64,000 nucleotides of DNA from an uncultured Ruficoccus sp. (GTDB lineage Bacteria; Verrucomicrobiota; Verrucomicrobiia; Opitutales; Cerasicoccaceae). A program made the translations under genes and the position numbers. The stretch is taken from the NCBI GenBank assembly GCA_965140785.1, contig OZ223519.1, positions 320,001 to 384,000 of the forward strand. Reading direction: 5' to 3'. Positions 54,049 to 62,463 of this stretch are shown here, in pieces (position 1 is the stretch's first letter; every line of letters starts with the position of its first letter). The notes beneath the pieces were generated by a model. That model saw only the letters and a list, made by a program, of their open reading frames with translations. It did no database searches and was not told the origin of the DNA.

Positions 54049-55002
54049 ATGAAGATTCCCCACGATTTCGAGTTCGATCCGACCTACGGCTACACGCTGG
54101 AGCAGTTGCTGGCGGTTCGCGCCCCGGCGGCGCCGACTGATTTCCGGGCGTTCTGGAGCGAGACCTGCCGTTTGGCCTTAGCGCCTGCCCTCAATCTGGA
54201 AAAGCGTCAGGTGCCCTGCCCGAAGCGTGGCTGGAAACTCTATGAGCTGGAGTACGATTCCTGGGAAGGGGTGCGGATCGGCGCGTGGATGCTGGAGCCG
54301 GAGTCCGGCCCGGTGCGCCGGGCCATGGTGCATGGGCACGGCTACGGCGGGCGACAGGAACCCGACTATGCCTGGCTGCTGGAAGAGACAGTGACGATTT
54401 TTCCCTGTGCCCGCGGATTCGATCGCTCGGCCCACGCGACGATCCCCGGCGAGGCCGACTCGCATGTGCGGCACGGGATTACCAGTCGGGAGAGCTATGT
54501 GCACCGCGGGTGTGTCGTCGATTATGCGCGGGCGGCTTCGGTGTTGCTGGAGCTGTTTCCGCAAACCTGCGATCGGCTCTTTTATCATGGCGGCAGTTTC
54601 GGGGGCGGTATCGGAGCGCTCCTGCTGGCCATGGACCGGCGTTTCAAGCGCGGGTATTTGAACATCCCGAGCTTTGGCAACCACCCGCTGCGCGTCACCC
54701 TGCCGTGCGTGGGCAGCGGCGAGTCCGTGCGCGGCTATTACCGGGAGGGCCACCCCGAGGTGCTGGACGTGCTGGCTTATTACGACGCCGCGGTTGCCGC
54801 CGGGTTTATCGAGATCCCTGTCTTTGTGGCGGCGGCGACCTTCGACCCGGCGGTGCCGCCGCCGGGGCAGTTCGCCGTCTATAACATGCTCCCCGATCCC
54901 AAAGCGCTCTTCCTTCGCCAGGCGGCGCATTTCGAACTGGAGGGCAACGCCCACGACGACCTCTGCATCCGCACGCGGCTGCGGCGCTGGTTCGCGGATT
55001 AA
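54049..55002 (+). CDS. Acetylxylan esterase-like (CE7) hydrolase
   Basis: PTDFRAFW, HGHGYGG, GGSFGG nucleophile elbow, FDPAVPP. Confidence 0.8.
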   Translation: MKIPHDFEFDPTYGYTLEQLLAVRAPAAPTDFRAFWSETCRLALAPALNLEKRQVPCPKRGWKLYELEYDSWEGVRIGAWMLEPESGPVRRAMVHGHGYGGRQEPDYAWLLEETVTIFPCARGFDRSAHATIPGEADSHVRHGITSRESYVHRGCVVDYARAASVLLELFPQTCDRLFYHGGSFGGGIGALLLAMDRRFKRGYLNIPSFGNHPLRVTLPCVGSGESVRGYYREGHPEVLDVLAYYDAAVAAGFIEIPVFVAAATFDPAVPPPGQFAVYNMLPDPKALFLRQAAHFELEGNAHDDLCIRTRLRRWFAD

Positions 55003-55151
55003 GCGTTGAACGGGGCGGGCGATTGCTCCGTTGCGGGCTTTTAGGGTTTTTTTGAAAAAGCTGCTCTGGCTTGCCCGAGGGGATATTTTACGTTAAGGTC
55101 AAAAAACTTTCTCACGCTATGGAAAACAGTGCAGACACCTGTATCCAACCG

Positions 55152-55772
55152 ATGGATACCTTTACCGCGATTCGCGAACGCCGCTCGGTCAAGCAGTACG
55201 ACCCCGAGTTTGTCATCCCGCAGGAGCACCTGGACCAGCTGTTGGAGCTGGCCGTGCTTTCGCCGACGTCTTTCAACATCCAGAACTGGCGGTTCCTCGT
55301 GGTGCGCGACCAGGAAATAAAGAACCAGATGTGCGCGGCAGCCTGGAACCAGGCGCAGGTCAAGGACGCCTCCGCCGTCATCCTGGTCTGTGCGGACCTC
55401 AACGCCTGGGGGAACCAGGCCGAGCGTTACTGGGCCACCGCCCCCGAGGAAACGCGCAACATGCTCGTGGGGATGATCAGTAAATTTTACTCGGCCAGCA
55501 CCCAGCTCCAGCGGGATGAGGCGTTGCGTTCGGTCGGAATGGCCGGGCAGACAATCATGCTCGCGGCCAAGGCCATGGGCTACGACACCTGCCCGATGAT
55601 CGGTTTCGATATGGATGCCGTGTCCGGTCTGGTCAAGTTGCCCGAGGATCACCTCATCGGCATGATGATCACGGTCGGAAAGGCCCTCAACCCGGCCCGC
55701 CCCCGTGGCGGCCAGCTCCCGCTCAGCGAACTGGTCCACGAGGATACATTTACAGCTTCAATCATACACTAA
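55152..55772 (+). CDS. Nitroreductase family protein
   Basis: RRSVKQY, SPTSFNIQNWRF, MLAAKAMGYDTCPMIGFD; alternative start at 55119. Confidence 0.92.
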   Translation: MDTFTAIRERRSVKQYDPEFVIPQEHLDQLLELAVLSPTSFNIQNWRFLVVRDQEIKNQMCAAAWNQAQVKDASAVILVCADLNAWGNQAERYWATAPEETRNMLVGMISKFYSASTQLQRDEALRSVGMAGQTIMLAAKAMGYDTCPMIGFDMDAVSGLVKLPEDHLIGMMITVGKALNPARPRGGQLPLSELVHEDTFTASIIH

Positions 55773-55819
55773 ATTCTGATTTTTATCACGGCAATGATGA
55801 TGCTGTAACAACCGATGAG

Positions 55820-56395
55820 GTGATGAAAACTGTAAAGAATGGGGAAGCTCTTCCATCTCCTGTTGATAATCAGGCTCAGGATAATTCGTCAAATGGAGAA
55901 ACCGTAAATACGGTTAACAATGACAAGAAAAATGCGGAAAAACATGAGGTTCCAATCAAAAATCCGATAAGAAAGAATAGATTACTATTTCTTTCTTTTT
56001 TACTGGTAATTGCTGCGCATGCTGTGTGTGCATCCAGTGGGGATGATATGTCTTATAATGATATGAATGTAAAACTAAGCCTTTCTAAGATCGCTGGTCT
56101 TATTTTTGATTTCAGAAGCAAAAAAGATAGGCTACCTTATGATCTAGATGAATTAAGAGATATTCATAAAGACGTTGGAAGATTGTTTACTGATCCTTGG
56201 GGTAACGAATTTATTTATAATATTTATAAAATAAAGGGGTATGATTATTTTACGCTAGAATCAAAAGGCGCGGATGGATTACTGGATTCTGATGATGATT
56301 GCGTGTATTATCCTGGAGTCCGATGGAAATGTGGAATGTATACGATAGAAGACGCTGAAAATGATGGGATTATTCCATCTCGTAAATGTGAATGA
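55820..56395 (+). CDS. AT-rich exported protein with GspG-like C-terminal motif; true start uncertain
   Basis: Internal signal-like helix; LPYDLDEL...DPWGNEFIY...LESKGADG resembles the T2SS-G domain; strongly AT-rich versus flanks. Confidence 0.55.
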   Translation: MMKTVKNGEALPSPVDNQAQDNSSNGETVNTVNNDKKNAEKHEVPIKNPIRKNRLLFLSFLLVIAAHAVCASSGDDMSYNDMNVKLSLSKIAGLIFDFRSKKDRLPYDLDELRDIHKDVGRLFTDPWGNEFIYNIYKIKGYDYFTLESKGADGLLDSDDDCVYYPGVRWKCGMYTIEDAENDGIIPSRKCE

Positions 56396-56528
56396 ACACC
56401 GACGGCAGAACCTAGCACGCGCGGTGCCATGTTTTAAAAGCGAGCTCAGCTCCTCGGCCCAATACAACAAACTGAAAGGGGTCAGGCCAATAATTTGGTA
56501 GAGTATTGCAGTCCTGTTTGGACCCCTC

Positions 56529-56564
56529 AAAAGCAAGCCCCAAGACGGGGCTTGCTTTTTTTTT
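56529..56564. terminator. Intrinsic terminator
   Basis: AAAAGCAAGCCCC-aagac-GGGGCTTGCTTTT followed by further Ts. Confidence 0.8.
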
Positions 56565-56661
56565 GCTTATTAAACTTATTAGGTCGGGGGTAGGAGGTTT
56601 GCCTTGCCTTAGGGGTGGGGTAAGCACCTTGTTATTTGCCAATGGGTTCCGTTAGTTTCCT

Positions 56662-58662
56662 ATGAAAACCTTGCTAATCGTTCTCGTCCTGTATTCTGGA
56701 ATGTCTGCTACGTTGTTCTCGCAGGCAAACGCCGCGGAGTCTGACCCGACTGCCGTGGATCAACCCGGCCCCAATAAGCATTCCGACGCCTACAAGCGGG
56801 CGCACATGCATGCGCAGGACTATGTGGACCAGAAGCTCGATGCGCGAAAACTGCTCGACCACATGTCGAACTTTGCCTCGGATACCCGCAGCCCGCGAGA
56901 TACGCTGGAAAGCTTCTTTTACCTCATCGATAGCTACTACACGCTGATCAACGCCGACGGAGTGACGTGGGGTAACCAGGATGACCTCGATAACATTGCG
57001 CTCGAGTTGGCCGACCTTTTTGACATGGATAACGTCCCGGTCAACTTCCAGGCCGACGCGGCCATCGAGGCTTCGGTTTACATGGCGGAGTATCTCTCAC
57101 GTCGTGAGATGCCTCCGCTCAATGAGATTCCCGATGAAGATGAAATGGCCGCAGCCATCAAAGCCGGAGAGCTTCCTGTCTACCGGATACCGGGGACGCC
57201 GATCGAGATCAGCCGGGTCAACCACGGCGACCTGGAGGGGCACTACCTGTTCGTCAACACCATGCTCACCGATGCCAAGAGCCTGTACGACCAAGCGGAG
57301 AATTATCCGTACCTCAGCGATCAGTTTCAGGGGTTTTACGAGCTATACTTCCTCACGCCGGGGCCGATGATCCCGGCCGGGTATATCCGTGGCCTGCCAA
57401 AATGGATGACGATCGATATCTACGAGCAGACCATCTGGCAGTGGATGTTTACTTTGCTGGGCTTTGCCACCCTTATCGGTGTGGTTTATGGGCTGGGCCG
57501 CCTGATCAAGTGCTTGAGTCGCAACTGGCGGCCGCTGGCTGTTAACACCGCTCATCTTTCGCTGCCGATTGTGACGATCTTTATGACCAAGGCGCTCATC
57601 TACATGCTGGATCAGCAGATTTACCTGACCGGCGAGGCCTGGAAGTTTATCATCATGATTGCCGATATCATCGTCCTGCTGAGCATGATCTCCATCATCA
57701 TCGTGTTGGGCAGTATCGCGGCTTCCGCTATTGAGTCGTCTCAGAACCTGAAGAATCGCCGTATCGACCAGTACCTGATCCGCTTGGGCATTCGCATTTT
57801 AAGCATCATTATCGCCATCGGGGTAATGGTGCAAGGGTTGCAAAAACTGGGCTTCTCTGGGGCGACGCTACTGGCCGGTGCCAGTGTCTCCGGCCTGGCG
57901 GTGGCGTTGGCTGCTCAGAGCACGCTCAAGAACGTCCTGGGCAGCATTATGCTCGTGCTCGACAAGCCTTTCGTCATCGGCAACCGCGTCAAGATCAAGA
58001 ACTTTGATGGGGTGGTGGAGGAGATCGGTCTGCGTTCGACGCGTCTGCGCACGCTTGATGGCCACATGGTTTCCATTCCTAATGACGAGCTCTCCTGTAC
58101 CGATATTGAGAACGTCAGTAGCCGCCCGTACATCAAGCGCGTCTTCAACGTCTCTCTGACCTACGGCACGCCGCCGGAGAAAATCCACGAGGCGATGAGG
58201 ATCGTGGAGGATATCCTGTCGCAGCCTGCGGAAAAAGTTGAGGATGTGCCTGAGTCTGCGCCCGTGGCGACCGAAACGAAGCCGGATACGAACGCTGTTG
58301 AGGAAGAGGAGCAGCCGCTGGATGCAACCACTACACCCGTCGAGGGTGAATTGCCCCCGGAGGATCCCCAAGGCACGCGACCCAGTAACGAGCCGATTCA
58401 CAATCCGGATTTTCCTCCTCGTGTGTTCTTCAACGAGCTCATGGCCGACTCGCTCAACCTCATTGTCATGTACTGGTACTTTCCGGCTGAGTATTGGGAT
58501 TACCTCGCGCATGCGACCTGGGTTAATTCCGAGCTCGTGCGTCGTTTTAATGAGGCGGGCATCGACTTTGCCTTCCCGACTCAGACCGTGATGCTGGAGA
58601 ACGTCACGGGGCAACCTTCTGGCGAAACACCCGAACCTCCGGCCCAACCCGAGCTTGCCTAG
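56662..58662 (+). CDS. MscS-family mechanosensitive channel with periplasmic N-terminal domain
   Basis: ALAAQSTLKNVLG, DKPFVIG, VEEIGLRSTRLRT, IPN, GIDFAFPTQT. Confidence 0.92.
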   Translation: MKTLLIVLVLYSGMSATLFSQANAAESDPTAVDQPGPNKHSDAYKRAHMHAQDYVDQKLDARKLLDHMSNFASDTRSPRDTLESFFYLIDSYYTLINADGVTWGNQDDLDNIALELADLFDMDNVPVNFQADAAIEASVYMAEYLSRREMPPLNEIPDEDEMAAAIKAGELPVYRIPGTPIEISRVNHGDLEGHYLFVNTMLTDAKSLYDQAENYPYLSDQFQGFYELYFLTPGPMIPAGYIRGLPKWMTIDIYEQTIWQWMFTLLGFATLIGVVYGLGRLIKCLSRNWRPLAVNTAHLSLPIVTIFMTKALIYMLDQQIYLTGEAWKFIIMIADIIVLLSMISIIIVLGSIAASAIESSQNLKNRRIDQYLIRLGIRILSIIIAIGVMVQGLQKLGFSGATLLAGASVSGLAVALAAQSTLKNVLGSIMLVLDKPFVIGNRVKIKNFDGVVEEIGLRSTRLRTLDGHMVSIPNDELSCTDIENVSSRPYIKRVFNVSLTYGTPPEKIHEAMRIVEDILSQPAEKVEDVPESAPVATETKPDTNAVEEEEQPLDATTTPVEGELPPEDPQGTRPSNEPIHNPDFPPRVFFNELMADSLNLIVMYWYFPAEYWDYLAHATWVNSELVRRFNEAGIDFAFPTQTVMLENVTGQPSGETPEPPAQPELA

Positions 58663-59036
58663 CTCTTCTTTGCGGCTTTTTTTGCCCGTTTCTTTTTCGG
58701 TTGGGGGATGACGCCGAAGCGCGGGTCTTCCTCCAGCACGTAATCCACGATGCGCCCGGCCACCGTCTCGAACTGGTCGTCCTCGGCGTGGAGCATGAGC
58801 CACTTGGGCAGGATGGGGTGGTTCGTCAGCATGGGAAACTCCGCCACGATGGCGGCGTGCTGGTCGCGTTCGGCGGGCACGAGAAAGGCGTTCCAGGGTT
58901 CCTCGCCCTCGGCCAGCACGGCCACGAGTTTCCCCCGGTAGTAACAGCCCAGGCAGCCGAACATATGCCGCCGCATATAGCCGGGCCGCTCGGCCAGCGG
59001 CTCCATCAGGTACTCATAGGGGTGGCGTTTGGCCAT
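58659..59036 (-). CDS. Hypothetical protein, TfoX/YjbR-like
   Basis: RHMFGCLGCYYRGKL, EEPWNAFLV, HPILPKWL, DPRFGV; stop overlaps the mscS stop. Confidence 0.6.
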   Translation of the reverse strand: MAKRHPYEYLMEPLAERPGYMRRHMFGCLGCYYRGKLVAVLAEGEEPWNAFLVPAERDQHAAIVAEFPMLTNHPILPKWLMLHAEDDQFETVAGRIVDYVLEEDPRFGVIPQPKKKRAKKAAKKS

Positions 59037-59135
59037 GAGGGAGAGGTTAACACCCGGCCGCTGGGGCGCAAGTCTCCAGCGGGCCGCCCGCTTTGGCCCT
59101 TGACCGCCGCGCCCGGAGCGCAGACAAACACGGTC

Positions 59136-60131
59136 ATGTTTGTCGATGAAGTTAACATACGCCTGAAGGCCGGAGACGGCGGCAACGGTTGCATGAGTTT
59201 CCGGCGCGTGGCGCACAACCCCAAGGGCGGCCCCGACGGTGGCAACGGCGGTCGCGGCGGCGACATTATCCTCGTGTGCGACCCGAACACTGCGGACTTC
59301 ACCGACTACAAGTTCAAGCCCCACGCCGCCGCCAAGAACGGCGTGCCCGGCAAGGGCTCGGACAAGGACGGCGCCCACGGCTCCTCGCTCAAATTAAAAA
59401 TGCCCCCCGGCACGGTCGTGATCGACGAGGCGACCGGGCGTACCGTTCTCGAACTGGTCGAGTACGGCCAGGAGGTCGTCCTGCTCAAGGGCGGCAAGGG
59501 CGGCATGGGCAACACCACCTTCAAGTCCTCCACCAATCAGGCTCCCCGCAAATACACGCCCGGCCAGCCCGGCGAGGAGGGCAACTACAAGCTGGTGCTC
59601 AAGTCCATCGCCGACATCGGCCTGGTCGGCTTCCCCAACGCGGGCAAGTCCACCCTCATCAGCCTGCTGACCGGGGCCGAGCCCAAGACCGCGAGCTACC
59701 CCTTTACCACGCTCCAGCCGACCGTGGCAGTGGTCGAGTATCCCCAGACTTACGAGCGCCTGACCATGGCCGACATCCCCGGCCTGATCCAGGGCGCCCA
59801 CGAGAACCGCGGCCTCGGCCATCGCTTCCTGCGCCACATCGAGCGCTGCCACCTCCTGCTCATCCTGATCGACATGGCCGGGACCGACGGACGCAAGCCC
59901 AAGGACGACTACAAGCAGCTCATTGAGGAATTGCGCCTCTACGACGAGGCCATGCTGGAGAAGCCCCGCCTCATCGTGGCCAACAAGATGGACGAGCCCG
60001 AGGCGAAGAAAAACCTCACCGCCTTCAAGCGCTCCGTCCGCCACGAGATCCTGAAACTGTCCTGCCTCAGCGAAGAGGGCCTCCCCGAACTCAAGGAGAC
60101 CCTCCGCCAGCGCGTCCTCGTGGACAAGTAA
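59136..60131 (+). CDS. obgE: GTPase Obg
   Basis: MFVDE...AGDGGNG, GGPDGGNGGRGG, GFPNAGKST, YPFTT, DIPG, NKMD. Confidence 0.98.
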   Translation: MFVDEVNIRLKAGDGGNGCMSFRRVAHNPKGGPDGGNGGRGGDIILVCDPNTADFTDYKFKPHAAAKNGVPGKGSDKDGAHGSSLKLKMPPGTVVIDEATGRTVLELVEYGQEVVLLKGGKGGMGNTTFKSSTNQAPRKYTPGQPGEEGNYKLVLKSIADIGLVGFPNAGKSTLISLLTGAEPKTASYPFTTLQPTVAVVEYPQTYERLTMADIPGLIQGAHENRGLGHRFLRHIERCHLLLILIDMAGTDGRKPKDDYKQLIEELRLYDEAMLEKPRLIVANKMDEPEAKKNLTAFKRSVRHEILKLSCLSEEGLPELKETLRQRVLVDK

Positions 60132-60349
60132 GCCGGTTGCACGCCTTCCCGCCTGCTTCGATGAAAAGGGTGGGGGTAACAGCAAGACCGGGAAGATCGA
60201 AACGAAAGGACTGGCCGGTTCTCTCGGCCTTGCCGGTACGATCCGGGTTGAAGGCTTTGCGCTGCGAAGGATAAAAGTGCCGCAGTGCCAGCAGGCGGAA
60301 CGCACCGCCAGGCCGTGTTTTTAAATTACTCGCTTATTGGTTTTTTAGA

Positions 60350-60475
60350 GTTGTCATCCTGAGCGAGCGCAGCGAGTCGAGGGATCGCCCTGTTCAAGTC
60401 TTTGTGGGCTTCCAGTAGATTTGCACGGGGAGATCCTTCGATGCGGCCGCAAGCGGACTTCCTCAGGATGACAAC
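60350..60475. repeat. TGTCATCCTGAG-type palindromic element
   Basis: GTTGTCATCCTGAG (60350-60363) / CTCAGGATGACAAC (60462-60475) perfect arms, plus an inner TCGAGGGATC/GATCCTTCGA pair. Confidence 0.8.
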
Positions 60476-60675
60476 AGGGATGATCCACGGTGAAAAACAG
60501 ACTCCAACCGGCTCAAATACATGGACTTAATCCGGTATGAGTTCCGTCCTTTGACGAGAGCGCCTGAGGCATCGGACTTCCTTATTTTCTAACAAATTGG
60601 CGTAGGCGGTCATTTATGGCTGGCAACCATCGTATTAGGCACTCAAACTTGGCTTGAGCTCCAACGACAATTACC

Positions 60676-60890
60676 ATGGCACAATTCGCTACAACCGAAT
60701 CCGACGTGCTCACGCTCGCGCAAGAGACGAAATCCGGCCTCGCGGCCAATACCGACGTGTATCCGCGCCCGCCCGTCAGCCCCGCGATCCTCCTCAACCA
60801 CATCGACGAGTTCAACAACCGGCGAACGACGCCGTCGCCGCCCACGCCGCCGCGGAGGAGGCCACCGCCGCCAAGCAAGCCGCCTTGACC
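60676..60890 (+). pseudogene. Truncated, frameshifted 5' fragment of a GC-rich gene
   Basis: MAQFATTESDVLTLAQETKSGLAANTDVYPRPPVSP continues in another frame as AHAAAEEATAAKQAAL, then the sequence turns AT-rich; resembles the N-terminus of some FN3-domain proteins (from recall). Confidence 0.5.
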
Positions 60891-60937
60891 GCTATTCTAT
60901 TCAGATATTATTCCAAATAGGATGATAGCTGGAAATC

Positions 60938-60956
60938 CACTAATTACTTGTTTGGT
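60938..60956 (+). other. attI-like integron recombination site
   Basis: CACTAAT-TACTT-GTTTGGT has the 7+5+7 L-spacer-R layout of attI1 (CCCTAAA-ACAAA-GTTRRRY); heads the cassette array. Confidence 0.55.
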
Positions 60957-60962
60957 AAAAGA

Positions 60963-61550
60963 ATGAACCTACTACCCAAGAGGCCACAAATGACTCCTGA
61001 GTGCTTTCAGGAGCACTGGACGGAACTGATCGAGAAGCCGCTCCTTAGCCGTGGGTTTAAAGCATCTGGCAAGACTCTCTACACCGAAAATAATGAATGC
61101 ACACTGGCACTAATCAGACTCGGGGGAAGAAAGAGCAGTCCAGGAACCATCTGCCACACATTCTGTTTCAGGCATTCGTTTCTAAGAAATCTGAATAAAG
61201 AATTTCCAAAGAAATTTGAGAAGGAAGTATTTGCATATCCAATCAAGTTTGAGCCATCGAAAATCTCAAGCATCGGTAAAGAAGGCTGGCGCTACATACC
61301 CACAAACCTAAACTACCCAACTGAGCGAATAGATTTCTCGAAGAAAAAAGAAAACCATCTTATTGCAGAACTAAAGCAATTGCAGAGTGATCTGCTAGAA
61401 GCGTGTGGGTTCTTACCGAAAATTCTAAAATCTGAAGTTATGGAATACCAGATTCGAGAGAATGGTGAGGATGCATGGATCGAGCGGATCTGGCTGGAAG
61501 ATTACGAAAACCAAAGGACCGAACAAAGCGGTGCTGAACGACGTCGCTAA
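60963..61550 (+). CDS. Integron cassette ORF 1, hypothetical protein
   Basis: ATG follows the core site after a 6-nt gap; AT-rich; stop codon lies inside the attC. Confidence 0.75.
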   Translation: MNLLPKRPQMTPECFQEHWTELIEKPLLSRGFKASGKTLYTENNECTLALIRLGGRKSSPGTICHTFCFRHSFLRNLNKEFPKKFEKEVFAYPIKFEPSKISSIGKEGWRYIPTNLNYPTERIDFSKKKENHLIAELKQLQSDLLEACGFLPKILKSEVMEYQIRENGEDAWIERIWLEDYENQRTEQSGAERRR

Positions 61551-61578
61551 CGCGCCGCGCCAGAGCTTTACGTTGGGC
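61518..61578 (+). mobile_element. attC site 1
   Basis: Inverse core ACCGAAC, imperfect hairpin (AAAGC/GCTTT, CTG/CAG), core GTTGGGC; 61 bp. Confidence 0.75.
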
Positions 61579-61586
61579 AAAAGAAA

Positions 61587-61916
61587 ATGTCAGATTTAGC
61601 ACAGTCCTCTGCTCGTTTTATCGAGAAGTTCTCCCAGCTAGCCAAGCGATTGGCCGACATGGGGGTTACCACGCATACGGCAGACCTCAAATGGGGCAGC
61701 TTTGGATGCTTCACCCTCATGGCAATGAAAGAAAATGAAGCGATACGATTTCAGTATGACGGACGAGATTCGTTTGTCACAGTTGAGGGCTCGCCTGTCC
61801 GTGAATACTCATACCCAAATGATTGGAAAGAATTAATAGTAAAGGGAATGAATAATCAGAATGATGAGGTGCTCAGATTCATCGAAGAGTTTCTCAGAAA
61901 GAGATTCAACTTTTAG
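61587..61916 (+). CDS. Integron cassette ORF 2, hypothetical protein
   Basis: Preceded by GTTGGGC-AAAAGAAA-ATG; AT-rich; followed by attC. Confidence 0.78.
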   Translation: MSDLAQSSARFIEKFSQLAKRLADMGVTTHTADLKWGSFGCFTLMAMKENEAIRFQYDGRDSFVTVEGSPVREYSYPNDWKELIVKGMNNQNDEVLRFIEEFLRKRFNF

Positions 61917-61938
61917 CCAAAATATGAAACCGAACAAG

Positions 61939-62000
61939 GCCCAACAAGGCATTAGAGGACAACTCCGTTACGCGCTCCGTGCCTCACTTTGACGTTCGCT
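61939..62000 (+). mobile_element. attC site 2
   Basis: Inverse core GCCCAAC is the exact reverse complement of the upstream core GTTGGGC; GAGG/CCTC inner stem; ends at GTTCGCT; 62 bp. Confidence 0.8.
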
Positions 62001-62008
62001 AAAAGAAA

Positions 62009-62140
62009 ATGACGACTCCAGAACTTATCTCACTCATTGCATCTATCGCGTCATTAATCCTCGCGGTTGGGGCAATTTGGCTTTCCATCACGTTCTACAA
62101 AATGTCTGCTGAAGCTAGCAAAGCTACCGAAGAAGCGGCA
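62009..62140 (+). pseudogene. Integron cassette ORF 3, truncated membrane-protein N-terminus
   Basis: GTTCGCT-AAAAGAAA-ATG; MTTPELISLIASIASLILAVGAIWLSITFYKMS... then runs into repeat elements; no matching attC. Confidence 0.6.
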
Positions 62141-62177
62141 ATGGGCCAGTTTCAGGGGGCCCTGCCAAAAGTTATTG

Positions 62178-62270
62178 GCCACAAAAGGCACAAAAAGCAC
62201 AAAACCGGAACGTACCGCTCTAGAGGCGCATCTTATCCTGATTTTTGTGAGTTTTGTGTCTTTTTGTGGC
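62178..62270. repeat. Palindromic element with 9-bp periodic arms
   Basis: GCCACAAAA-GGCACAAAA-AGCACAAAA ... TTTTGTGAGTTTTGTGTCTTTTTGTGGC. Confidence 0.75.
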
Positions 62271-62313
62271 TCAAAAACAGTCAGCTCTAGCGATTCAAAA
62301 ATACGGTAGCCCG

Positions 62314-62392
62314 AATGGCTAAATGGCTGATGGTTAATTGCCGGACGCTTACGGAGAAAACAACAATTAGCCATTTCAGCCATTTAGCCATT
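62314..62392. repeat. Palindromic element with about 8-bp periodic arms
   Basis: AATGGCTAAATGGCTGATGGTTAATTG ... CAATTAGCCATTTCAGCCATTTAGCCATT. Confidence 0.75.
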
Positions 62393-62463
62393 ATGCCTTT
62401 CGATCGGGGCTACGATTTTATTGAACCGCTTGCTCGAACTATTTGAACCGCTCTAACACCAGG

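Noticed and set aside
60885..60911. Pc-like cassette promoter TTGACC-N15-TATTAT upstream of the attI-like site
   Set aside because: The 15-bp spacer is suboptimal and the match could be chance; not supportable without transcription start data
62178..62392. CRISPR array suggested by short periodic repeats
   Set aside because: Units are 8-9 bp in inverted arms without unique spacers, and no cas genes are present
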